Source: an uncultured delta proteobacterium (GTDB lineage Bacteria; Myxococcota_A; Polyangia; Polyangiales; Houyiibacteriaceae). Taken from it: a stretch of DNA of 64,000 nucleotides. The number at the start of each line of letters is the position of its first letter. The first letter of the stretch is position 1. Below are positions 1 to 9,151 of the stretch, piece by piece. The notes under the pieces are model-generated. The model saw only the letters and a list, made by a program, of their open reading frames with translations, did no database searches and was not told where the DNA came from. The position numbers and the translations under genes are program-made. The stretch covers positions 559,056-623,055 of the forward strand of contig CAWBXS010000005.1 in NCBI GenBank assembly GCA_963792825.1. The letters run 5' to 3'.

Positions 1-359
1 AGGGGGGAAACGAGATTCGCGCATCTGCGGCACCGGAATACCTCGGCAACGAGGCCTTGGTCGACCCGGAGCGAGCCTTCGTCGCCGCCATCTCGAGCTG
101 CCACATGTTGACGTTTCTTGCTCTAGCCGCTCGCGACGGTCTCGTCGTCGATGACTACGAAGACCAGGCGGTCGGTCTCATGGAACGCAACGCCGACAAG
201 AGGGTGGCGATCACTCGCGTCGTGCTGCGCCCGAAGGTCACCTGGGAAGCTGAGCCTCCGAGCTCTGAAAAGCTCGATGAGCTCCATGCGAACGCGCACA
301 AACACTGCTTCATCGCCAACTCGGTGACCACGACGATCAGTGTCGAGCCGCCAGCCTGA
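1..359 (+). CDS. OsmC/Ohr-family protein, 5' end cut by window edge
   Basis: Frame 3 is open from base 3. The translation (...PEYLGNEALVDPERAFVAAISSCHMLTFLALAA...NAHKHCFIANS) has the two conserved Cys contexts typical of the OsmC fold. The listed ORF 57..359 begins at an internal TTG. Confidence 0.8.
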   Translation, partial: GGNEIRASAAPEYLGNEALVDPERAFVAAISSCHMLTFLALAARDGLVVDDYEDQAVGLMERNADKRVAITRVVLRPKVTWEAEPPSSEKLDELHANAHKHCFIANSVTTTISVEPPA

Positions 360-383
360 CGGCGATGGTGGTACCGTCAGGCT
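353..383. terminator. Perfect 10-bp GC-rich hairpin between convergent genes (possible bidirectional terminator, no U-tract)
   Basis: agcctgacgg (353-362) pairs with ccgtcaggct (374-383) around an 11-nt loop. It overlaps the OsmC stop codon. Confidence 0.4.
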
Positions 384-407
384 GGCGACGCGAACAAGGC
401 TAAGTGT

Positions 408-2036
408 TCAGCAAACGGCGCCTTCGGGGATGCACTCCCAGCTGGTCCAACAGAACCCGCAGTACAGACCGTCGCCGCAGCCTTTGGCGCGGCAATCGAA
501 CTGGGAGAGACACTCGTCGAGCTCGGGCGTCGGAGTCCAGCCGCACTGGCCCCAGGGCTGTAGCTCGCAAATGCCGACTTCTCGATAACAGGCGAACTCG
601 GGTAGAGCGACGCAAGGAGACGCCACGTCCTGGCTCGCGCAGATCTCCCCGTTACAGCCTGTCGGCCGACACTCGTCCGGTGGGAGGCAGGCACCGGCGT
701 TCGGAGGCAGGCAGATCCACTCCGCGCCGCCGTCGGGTGTCTGGCAGTAGTCGCAAGTCCAGCCTGCCTGGCAGCCGTTCGTCCGGCAGTCGCCGGCGGG
801 CGGCTCGCACCAGCCGACGCATACGTCGCACTCTGGGCAAGCCGGATCCTGGCGGCACACCTCCGGTGCATTGCAGTGCTGCTCATCGCCGCACTGCTCG
901 GGACCATAGCACTTGGGCACGCACTGCCCTTCGAAGTTGGGAATGTGGGTGTCTACCGGGCAACCGGGAAGGCACTGGCCGGCCTCGCAGACATACCCCG
1001 GGGCGCAATCGATGACTGCGCACAGATCCACGCACACCCCGGGCGGCACGGGATCTGGAATGCTCGGGTCCATACCGTCAGCCGGCCAACCTGCGAGATG
1101 CTGGCAGTAGTGCCCCGGTGGGCAGTCTCCGTCGTCGTAGCACTCCCCTGGGTTCGTCTCCGGCAAAACCGTGCACGTCACCTCGAGATCGCCGATCGGC
1201 GTCATCATGATGAGGCCCTCGAGCATCGTGCGCTCCCCGTCACAGGAGAGCATTCCCTCGCCCTCGTAGAGATCGCCGAAGACGGGCGGCTCGAGCAGCT
1301 GGAAGCTCGCCGCGAACCACTCGCCGAGGCGCAGCATCGTGCGCGGATGGACCTCGACGATGCCTGTGATGCCGGGAACCTGGGGGCTTTCGCACTCTGC
1401 TTGGAACCCGTCCTGCCACCGGGGGTCGATCCGGCACATGCCTTCGCCGAAGCGCTCGAGGCATTCCACCAACTCGTACGTTGGCGTGAAGCCGCACTGT
1501 CCGTTCTGCTGACGTTCACAGGTCGCTTGCTGATAGCACTCGTACACCGGGCGCCACTCGCAGGTGCTCGCGATGTCCATTCCCTCTTCGACGCACAGCT
1601 GGCCACTACAGCCTGCTCGTACACAACCTTCGCCGGGCGGTTCTTCGCAGTACCCGTCATGGCGAATGCCAACGCCGGCACATGCGGCCTCGCATGCATT
1701 GATGTAGTTGCGACCGTCACCGCCGCATACCGGCTCGAAGACGCCAGGGCAGTTGCAATGAGTCGGCCCCGGAATGCACCATTGGGACTCAGGTACGCAG
1801 ACGTCGCCTACGAAGCAGTCGTTGGGCGAGACGCAATGCATCGGCTCATCACAACGGCCGCGGTGCTCGACGTCCTGCTCGCCCTGCGCAGCCTCCTCCA
1901 CGGAATAGGTCCTTCCGTCTTTGCCGCAGACAAACCCCTCGATGGGGGCCGCGCCGCTACCGTTACTCTCGCCGCAGCCAACCAGCGTCACGCTGGCGGC
2001 GACGAGCACCCAACAAACCAGCCAGAATCGAGCCAT
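408..2036 (-). CDS. Secreted cysteine-rich lipoprotein with Kazal-like inhibitor motifs
   Basis: Signal peptide plus lipobox (LVG-C at residue 21) and roughly 60 Cys. Kazal-like motif CPGVFEPVCGGDGRNYINACEAAC at aa 94-130, and a weaker one (FVCGKDGRTYS) at aa 36-62. Two copies of a ~55-aa module end in QCG(F/W)TPTxELxECL. SD GGAGA lies 8 nt before the ATG. Confidence 0.8.
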   Translation of the reverse strand: MARFWLVCWVLVAASVTLVGCGESNGSGAAPIEGFVCGKDGRTYSVEEAAQGEQDVEHRGRCDEPMHCVSPNDCFVGDVCVPESQWCIPGPTHCNCPGVFEPVCGGDGRNYINACEAACAGVGIRHDGYCEEPPGEGCVRAGCSGQLCVEEGMDIASTCEWRPVYECYQQATCERQQNGQCGFTPTYELVECLERFGEGMCRIDPRWQDGFQAECESPQVPGITGIVEVHPRTMLRLGEWFAASFQLLEPPVFGDLYEGEGMLSCDGERTMLEGLIMMTPIGDLEVTCTVLPETNPGECYDDGDCPPGHYCQHLAGWPADGMDPSIPDPVPPGVCVDLCAVIDCAPGYVCEAGQCLPGCPVDTHIPNFEGQCVPKCYGPEQCGDEQHCNAPEVCRQDPACPECDVCVGWCEPPAGDCRTNGCQAGWTCDYCQTPDGGAEWICLPPNAGACLPPDECRPTGCNGEICASQDVASPCVALPEFACYREVGICELQPWGQCGWTPTPELDECLSQFDCRAKGCGDGLYCGFCWTSWECIPEGAVC

Positions 2037-2075
2037 CGTTTCATCTCCACACCCGAGGGTTCTTCCCTTCTACAC

Positions 2076-2091
2076 GCAACTTCGGTGCCAG
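2076..2091 (-). promoter_or_regulatory. Sigma-54 (-24/-12) promoter for the Cys-rich lipoprotein gene
   Basis: The minus strand reads CTGGCAC-CGAAG-TTGC, an exact TGGCAC-N5-TTGC core. The -12 GC lies 39 nt upstream of the ATG at 2036. Confidence 0.6.
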
Positions 2092-2187
2092 AACGCTCGC
2101 TACTGAAAAACATAGTGATTTCGCAGGCCTAGTTGCTGGGCCGGTGTGCCAGGCCGTGCCAGCTACGCTCGGATCGCTGCAAAAACT

Positions 2188-3366
2188 TCAGCTGGCGCGA
2201 GTCAGGCGACGCCGAAGCCGGGTCATTCTTCGCTCGGTCGCGTCCCTTCCCTCGGCTGCGCTCGTGCCTGCAGCATGCTCGAGAGCGCGCCGGTAGTCCT
2301 TGCGTCGGTGCTCGTAGAGCTTGGCTAGCTCGAGCTGGACGGCGGCGCGAAGCTCATCGTCGGCGGCGGCCTGAATCGCGTTGCAGAGCGCACGTTCCTC
2401 TTCGTCGACATCGCCGGAGCGGCGCGCGATGCGCGCATTGAGCATGCAAGCCTCGACTGTGCATGCGGGCTCTCCCCCGCCTCGCGCGGCCGCATCCGCA
2501 AAGAGGCGTGCACGCGCTCGATCCCCGGTCCGCTCAGCGACCCTGGCGTAGGACAGATGGTCGCGGGGGTCGTCGCCGCTGTGCAACTCGTCGAAATGGC
2601 TGACGAGCTCGGCAACCAGGGCTGCGAGGGCGATCAAGTCATTGGCGTTGTGCTCGATCACCTTGGCAAGGGGCGAGACGTCTCCCCCGTCGAGGTAGTC
2701 GAAATAGAGCTGCGGGATCAGGGCCCCGGAGATGTCGCCCTCCCGATACATGCCGAGGACTTTGCGCTCGAGCTCGACCAGCCGGACGGATTTCAGCCTC
2801 GAGCGAAGAACCCTGCGAGCGCAATGCAGCAAATCGACGTGTGGAGGCAAGAGCGGCGCCGGGATGCGGTTCAGCACGAAACGGTTGGTGAGCAGCGGCC
2901 AGTCGAAAGTCTTGCCATTGAACGACACCACGCAAGAGCTCTCCTGCACACGCTCTCGCAGCCAGTGAAGCATCGGCGCCTCGCGGCCGAGCTCCGGAAG
3001 AAAGAGCTGCTGGATCCGCATAGATTGGTCCTCGAACCAGCCGATCCCGATCAGAAACGGGACCGTTCCCGTCCCACCCGCGAGCCCGGTCGTTTCCGTG
3101 TCGAGAAACAGGGCACTCTGGAGATCGACCTTCTCGAGGGTCGGATCCAAGGCAAGTTGGGCGAGGCGCTCGACCGACACGCGAAGCGCTTTGGCAATCG
3201 GCGTGCGCCCGTGATGGTGATGAGGCTCGAGGTACTCGTCGATCAGATGAAGCTCGCCATGTTCAGTATCGCGCTGCTGTCCTGGTAGCGCACCTCGAAT
3301 GCTCGCAACATCGAGTTGGCGTGGAGTCGTTTGCGCAAGCCGCGCTAGGCCTCGTATGATCGACAT
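2188..3366 (-). CDS. mrfB: RNase H-like DEDDh exonuclease with C-terminal TPR-like region (MrfB/YprB-like)
   Basis: Exo motifs are FLDTETTGL, SFNGKTFDWPLL and HNANDL. The C-terminus is helical and repeat-rich. It lies 6 nt downstream of the helicase gene in the same orientation. Confidence 0.7.
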   Translation of the reverse strand: MSIIRGLARLAQTTPRQLDVASIRGALPGQQRDTEHGELHLIDEYLEPHHHHGRTPIAKALRVSVERLAQLALDPTLEKVDLQSALFLDTETTGLAGGTGTVPFLIGIGWFEDQSMRIQQLFLPELGREAPMLHWLRERVQESSCVVSFNGKTFDWPLLTNRFVLNRIPAPLLPPHVDLLHCARRVLRSRLKSVRLVELERKVLGMYREGDISGALIPQLYFDYLDGGDVSPLAKVIEHNANDLIALAALVAELVSHFDELHSGDDPRDHLSYARVAERTGDRARARLFADAAARGGGEPACTVEACMLNARIARRSGDVDEEERALCNAIQAAADDELRAAVQLELAKLYEHRRKDYRRALEHAAGTSAAEGRDATERRMTRLRRRLTRAS

Positions 3367-3371
3367 GACTG

Positions 3372-5801
3372 TCAGTGAGTGGCGCTCACGCCCACCGCAT
3401 CCAAGAGACCCAGCACCAACCGCTTGCGAGCGGCCTGCGGCTCGTCGTCACCGGAGGCGTCGGGGCCGATGCAGCCTGGGCAACCTTCGACGCATTCGCA
3501 GCTCTCGATCAGCTGGCGGGCCCGCCGCAGCAAGTCTTCCCGATCCTCGAACAACCGCGATGCCAAGCCGATCCCGCCTGCCACTGCGTCATAGAGAAAG
3601 ATCGTCGGATCGAAGCCTGGTCCGTTGCCCGTTCCCGGCTGCGCGTCATCTTCGTCGCGACTGCCGAGCGTGCGGCCGAGATCTCGGGGATCGATCATCA
3701 ATCCGACCGCGCCGACGACGTGCATCGCCTTCGAAAGCCCGCGCAACGCGTCGACCACGGCCGCCCGCGGCTCGGTCTGGCGTTGCACGAAGCTCTCGGG
3801 AAACGTCAGCCAAAACGCGGTGGTGTGCTTCTGCATCTCAGGCAGATGCACCTCGCCATACCCGACGTTCTCATGAGTGTGGAACTTGATCTTCTTGTAG
3901 CCCACGACTTTCTCGATGACGCTCACATCGCCGAGCCCGGCGTCGAGCGGCACCTCACCGAGGTCGATGGCGGCGCTTCGATCCTGCTCCAACACCGTCA
4001 CGCGGCTGTGCGTCATGGCGGTGGTGTAGTAGTCGGGCTTCACGCGCCGCACGAACGCTTTGTGGTTTTCGAAGTCGAGCCGCTCTACTTGGTACTGGCC
4101 TCCCTCGTGTTGATAAATCGCCTGCTCGTGGAGCATCGTGTGAGTACTGCGCCAGTCCATCTCGGCGATGGTCCGGTGCCCATCGACATCGATGATGACG
4201 AAGTTGTCCCAGCTGGCGCTCCGGAGCGAAACGTTGTTCGCGGGATAGCTGTCCGACGCCCAGTGATAGATCGAGCCAGCCGCCGAGGACGTGGGATGGA
4301 CGACCCCGTGGTCGGCCAAGTAGTCGAGGGCCTCACCAAGCGCCTCTTCCGGGACGTCACCGAATACGTTGCCAGGCTCGAAAGGTAGCTCGAAGGCCGC
4401 ACATTTGAGGTGTTGAATGAGAATCTCGACGTTGTCGGGATCGATTCGGGCGTGCTCGATGGGGGCCGAAACCAGTTGGCGCGGATGACGCGCCATGTAT
4501 TGGTCGATCGGGTTGCTCGACGACACGAGCACGGCCAACGACAGATCCCGGCGGCGCCCTGCCCGCCCGAATCGTTGCCAGAGCCCCGCCATCGTGCCCG
4601 GATATCCGGCGCAAACGACCGCATCGAGCGCGCCGATGTCGATGCCGAGCTCGAGCGCGTTGGTCGCCACGACGCAACGAATCTCCCCCTCTCGAAGCGC
4701 AGCCTCGATGCGCCTCCGCGTCTGCGGCAGATACCCGCCTCGGTACGCATGAATCGCCGACGGGTCGATGTGATCCTCCGCCAGCCGATCGCGCAGGTAC
4801 TTGAGCATCACCTCGACGCCATTGCGGGAGTTGCCAAAGACCAGCGTAGGTACTCCGGCGCGCACCAGGTCTCGAGTCAACCGCACCGCCGTCTTGATGT
4901 AGCTCTGACGGATGCCGAGCTCGGCATTGACGATCGGTGGATTGTAGACGACGAGTTGCCGGGGCCCGGTCGGTGCGCCACTTTCATCAATCAGCTCGAC
5001 CGGCTCACCGCAGATTCGAGATGCGTGCTCGCGTGGGTTACCAATCGTCGCGGAAGCGAACAGAAACACGGGTGACGAGCCGTGGAAGCGCGCAATGCGT
5101 ACCAAGCGGCGCATGACGTTGGCGAGGTGTGAGCCGAATACCCCGCGGTAGGTGTGGAGCTCATCGACCACGACGTACTTCAAGTTCGAGAAGAGCCGAG
5201 CCCATCCCGTGTGATGAGGCAAGATACCGGCATGCAACATGTCTGGATTCGTGAGCAGCACCCCGGCACGCTGACGCGCGGCCCGACGCGCGTCGTTTGG
5301 AGTATCACCATCGTAGGTGATCGCCCCGACGCTCAAATCGGCCTCTCGCATCACCGCACGCAACGCTTCTTCTTGATCTCGGGAGAGCGCTTTCGTGGGA
5401 AAGAGGTAGAGCGCCGTCGCAGTCGGATCGGAGGCCAACGCCTGAAGAATCGGCAGGTTGTAACAAAGGCTCTTCCCGGATGCTGTCGGGGTCGCCACGA
5501 CGAGGTGCTTGCCCTGCGACGCCACGCCAAACGCACGGGCCTGATGACCGTAGAGCTCTCGGATGCCCCGTCCCCGCAGCGCTCGCTCGACGCTTGGCGC
5601 CAGATCCACGGGCATCGGCTGCAGCCTTGCCGGGTGCCGTTCGACTCCGTGGCTCCACGTCACGTCTCGCCAAGTGCCATCGGAGCGCCAACGCTCGAGG
5701 ACCTCCGCCACCCCACGAGGCCTCGACCATGGCTCATCGGCTCGCCGAAAAGGCTGTATCCCAGGACTTGTAGGTCCCCCCACTGCGCTCATGCACAGCA
5801 C
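3372..5801 (-). CDS. mrfA: DEAD/DEAH-box helicase with C-terminal DUF1998 zinc-ribbon (MrfA/YprA-like)
   Basis: Walker A TASGKSL, DEAH-type box VVDELH, helicase C motifs (QRFGRAGRR) and a C-terminal CECVEGCPGC Cys cluster. Confidence 0.8.
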   Translation of the reverse strand: MLCMSAVGGPTSPGIQPFRRADEPWSRPRGVAEVLERWRSDGTWRDVTWSHGVERHPARLQPMPVDLAPSVERALRGRGIRELYGHQARAFGVASQGKHLVVATPTASGKSLCYNLPILQALASDPTATALYLFPTKALSRDQEEALRAVMREADLSVGAITYDGDTPNDARRAARQRAGVLLTNPDMLHAGILPHHTGWARLFSNLKYVVVDELHTYRGVFGSHLANVMRRLVRIARFHGSSPVFLFASATIGNPREHASRICGEPVELIDESGAPTGPRQLVVYNPPIVNAELGIRQSYIKTAVRLTRDLVRAGVPTLVFGNSRNGVEVMLKYLRDRLAEDHIDPSAIHAYRGGYLPQTRRRIEAALREGEIRCVVATNALELGIDIGALDAVVCAGYPGTMAGLWQRFGRAGRRRDLSLAVLVSSSNPIDQYMARHPRQLVSAPIEHARIDPDNVEILIQHLKCAAFELPFEPGNVFGDVPEEALGEALDYLADHGVVHPTSSAAGSIYHWASDSYPANNVSLRSASWDNFVIIDVDGHRTIAEMDWRSTHTMLHEQAIYQHEGGQYQVERLDFENHKAFVRRVKPDYYTTAMTHSRVTVLEQDRSAAIDLGEVPLDAGLGDVSVIEKVVGYKKIKFHTHENVGYGEVHLPEMQKHTTAFWLTFPESFVQRQTEPRAAVVDALRGLSKAMHVVGAVGLMIDPRDLGRTLGSRDEDDAQPGTGNGPGFDPTIFLYDAVAGGIGLASRLFEDREDLLRRARQLIESCECVEGCPGCIGPDASGDDEPQAARKRLVLGLLDAVGVSATH

Positions 5802-5941
5802 TGTACGGTTGTTTAGTCGATCAGGTCAAGAATCCCGAAACGACTTGGGCACGGCCGAATTGAGTCCTATGGTCGTTGAGTAGGGGATCCATGCGGGCGC
5901 GGGCACGACCGTCGAGGCCCGCATGCCTCAGGAGGAATACA

Positions 5942-6565
5942 ATGAGAATCGTTTCACCGTTATGGATGGCCTTGGCACTCGGCTTCGGCCTTTCCGCCGC
6001 AACCATGCCGACCGCGAGCGCTGACGAACCCAAAGAAGTGAAGAGTGGGGTGACGAAGAAGGCAGCTGAGAGCGAAGCCAAAGCCGACGAAGCCAAAGGC
6101 AAAGCCGACGAAGCCAAAGGCAAAGCCGTCGAGGCCAAAGGCAAAGCCATCGAAGCCAAAGGCAAAGCCGACGAAGCCAAAGCCGTCGGGGCCAAAGACA
6201 AGGCCAAGAGCAAGTCCGACGAGATGAAGGACAAGGGCAAGGCAGAAGCCGGAGCAAACAAGGGCGCCGCAAAGGCCGCGGGCGAAGCCGAGAAGGCCAA
6301 AGCCGGGGCGGCCGCAATGGATCCGAAGGCCAAGGCCGAGGCTCGCAAGGCGGAGCAGAAAGCCAAGGCGGAGAAAGCTCAAGCCGCTCGAAAGGAGCGA
6401 TTGCTTCAGCAGGAGGACGCACGGCACGCAAGCCAGATGAAGGAAATCGAGGGGCGGCGAGCTCGCGTGACGGAGCTGCATGAGAAGCAACTCAAAAACA
6501 TCGATGCCGCCGAGGCCAGAGAAAAGGAACGGCACGAGAAGCGCGTCGAGCAGATCAACCAATAA
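5942..6565 (+). CDS. Secreted Lys/Ala/Glu-rich heptad-repeat protein
   Basis: ATG at 5942 is preceded by AGGAGG (5930-5935). Signal peptide MRIVSPLWMALALGFGLSAATMPTASA is followed by EAKGKAD-type heptads and a charged coiled-coil-like tail. The listed ORF start 5876 adds an Arg-rich leader and is unlikely. Confidence 0.7.
   Translation: MRIVSPLWMALALGFGLSAATMPTASADEPKEVKSGVTKKAAESEAKADEAKGKADEAKGKAVEAKGKAIEAKGKADEAKAVGAKDKAKSKSDEMKDKGKAEAGANKGAAKAAGEAEKAKAGAAAMDPKAKAEARKAEQKAKAEKAQAARKERLLQQEDARHASQMKEIEGRRARVTELHEKQLKNIDAAEAREKERHEKRVEQINQ
6074..6199 (+). repeat. In-frame 21-nt tandem repeat (gaagccaaaggcaaagccgac)
   Basis: Four full units span 6089-6172 (1-3 substitutions each) and are flanked by partial units. 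Each unit encodes E-A-K-G-K-A-(D/V/I). Confidence 0.85.
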
Positions 6566-6589
6566 TCACGCGTTCGGTGCGTTCGGATC

Positions 6590-6622
6590 GAAAGCCCGTC
6601 TCCCCGTTGGAGGCGGGCTTTC
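6590..6622. terminator. Bidirectional intrinsic terminator between convergent genes
   Basis: gaaagcccgtctcc (6590-6603) pairs with ggaggcgggctttc (6609-6622), with one G-U pair and a 5-nt loop. The A-run on one side and T-run on the other allow function on both strands. Confidence 0.6.
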
Positions 6623-7134
6623 TAGCTCTGGCCGGGCAGTGACGCGTTCGGGTCGTAGGGCATCTTCTCGCCGGCATCCATCCGCTGCTGCATCTCGTAC
6701 TTCGAGGGGCAGCGTGGAATGACCTGGTTGGCGAGAAACACTCCGTCGTTACCGAGCTCGCCTTGTACCGTCACTTGGATGCCCATCCCATCCCGAAACG
6801 TGTCCGGCACGACGCACTGCGGAAAACGAACAGGCATTTCCTTGCCCTCCTTCTGAAGGACGAAACGCCATTCGCACGGCTCCTCGCGGAATTGGATCGA
6901 GCCTTGCCGCAGCTCGCCTTCGACGCGCAGGCGGCGCCCTTCGAAGGCCTTCGGCTCGCTCATCACTTCGTGGACCAACTTCGAGTAGACGAACGGGCTG
7001 TCGCTGCCCGACAGCAACCAGGCCGCCGCACCGACGAGCACGACGAAGACGAGGCCGACCTTGACGGCACCGGAAACCCCTCGCTTGCCCGCGGGTTCTA
7101 CCGGAGCCGCCCCATCCTGCTCGCTGGTCATCAT
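6622..7134 (-). CDS. ccmE: Cytochrome c maturation heme chaperone CcmE, CxxxY variant
   Basis: N-terminal TM anchor and OB-fold core (RLRVEGELRQGSIQF...GIQVTVQGEL...VFLANQVIPRCPSKYE). Cys occupies the position of the canonical heme-binding His (HxxxY). Confidence 0.8.
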   Translation of the reverse strand: MMTSEQDGAAPVEPAGKRGVSGAVKVGLVFVVLVGAAAWLLSGSDSPFVYSKLVHEVMSEPKAFEGRRLRVEGELRQGSIQFREEPCEWRFVLQKEGKEMPVRFPQCVVPDTFRDGMGIQVTVQGELGNDGVFLANQVIPRCPSKYEMQQRMDAGEKMPYDPNASLPGQS

Positions 7135-7207
7135 CGGAAGTATGCTACCCAGAGCCGTTCCCCGCCAGGGCGCACCCTCATTAGGCCGCCCCGACGTGAG
7201 ACACGAC

Positions 7208-8369
<1,162 letters not shown>

Positions 8370-8372
8370 GGC

Positions 8373-8774
8373 TCAGCCCTCCCCTGCGGTTTGCGCCTGC
8401 CGGGCCGCTTGGGCCTCGCGCATGGCGAGGTCCGCTCCGCTGTAGAGAAGGCCGAGCACCAGTGCACCGAGACCCACGCAAAAACCGAGCGGGTCGACGC
8501 CCCAGCGAGCGAGCAATGCCCAACACACCGTTAGTAGCACGACGAGCTTGGCGCCGAGAAGCGCCGCTGCGAATCCGCGGCCAATGAAGCCGGCACCGCC
8601 CACGATGCGGCTGGCCAGCCAGGTGATCGCCCAGGCATCCAACGTCGCAACCACGCCGCCTACCGCGGCTCCGACCCCGACGCGCACGCCGCCCAGCACG
8701 AGCCCGAGTCCGGCGAGCATGATCGCTGCGACCGCGACGTGGCGAGGAGTCTGCGCTTTGAGTTGGTCGATCAC
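8373..8774 (-). CDS. atpI: ATP synthase protein I (AtpI-like small membrane protein)
   Basis: Four hydrophobic segments, positioned between atpZ and atpB. The GTG at 8774 gives a GTGA overlap with the atpZ stop. The longer ORF to 8912 would overlap atpZ by 140 nt. Confidence 0.6.
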   Translation of the reverse strand: MIDQLKAQTPRHVAVAAIMLAGLGLVLGGVRVGVGAAVGGVVATLDAWAITWLASRIVGGAGFIGRGFAAALLGAKLVVLLTVCWALLARWGVDPLGFCVGLGALVLGLLYSGADLAMREAQAARQAQTAGEG

Positions 8775-9028
8775 TGGGTTTCGTCTTCGTCTTCCATCAT
8801 CCGCTGCGCGCGGCGGACGACCCTGTAGAGGCTCCGAGCGCCCGCGGCAAGCCCAAATCCGAGCCCGATCCACTTGAGCCAAGGATCCGTGCCGAGCTTG
8901 CCGTCCAGCCATTGACCTCCGAGATAGCCGAGTGCAACCGAGAGGCCGAGCTCGAGGCCGATCGTCGACAAGCTTCCCAGCTGCTTGAGCTGCTCCCGCT
9001 GTTCCCGGTTGAGGAGCATTGCCAGCAC
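8771..9028 (-). CDS. atpZ: AtpZ/AtpI-family small membrane protein
   Basis: 85 aa with two TM segments (STIGLELGLSVALGYLGGQWLD...WIGLGFGLAAG). It is the first gene of the F0 cluster. Confidence 0.65.
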   Translation of the reverse strand: MLAMLLNREQREQLKQLGSLSTIGLELGLSVALGYLGGQWLDGKLGTDPWLKWIGLGFGLAAGARSLYRVVRRAQRMMEDEDETQ

Positions 9029-9074
9029 ATCGTATTCCTAAAGCTCCAAGGATCGGCGCCCGAGGAGCGGGCGG

Positions 9075-9102
9075 CGTATAGCATGGGGAGGAGTAGGGTC
9101 AA
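9075..9102 (-). promoter_or_regulatory. Candidate sigma-70-type promoter for the atpZ-atpI-atpB-atpE cluster
   Basis: The minus strand reads TTGACC-N16-TATACG, about 45 nt upstream of the atpZ ATG. Confidence 0.3.
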
Positions 9103-9151
9103 GGTTGGTTCAAGACCACTTCGTCCGCGAAATTCGGCGATCGCGAGGGCG

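Noticed and set aside
876-2132. 418-aa ORF antisense to the Cys-rich lipoprotein gene
   Set aside because: Its composition is typical of antisense frames in GC-rich DNA (Arg/Ala/Leu-rich, no motifs). The opposite strand has a signal peptide, lipobox, SD, domain motifs and its own promoter.
2133-2165. Two further TGGCAC hexamers on the minus strand upstream of the sigma-54 promoter at 2076-2091
   Set aside because: Neither is followed by TTGC after 5 nt (they read GGCCT-GGCA and ACCGG-CCCA), so they are not -24/-12 promoters. They could be part of an activator site, but I cannot support that.
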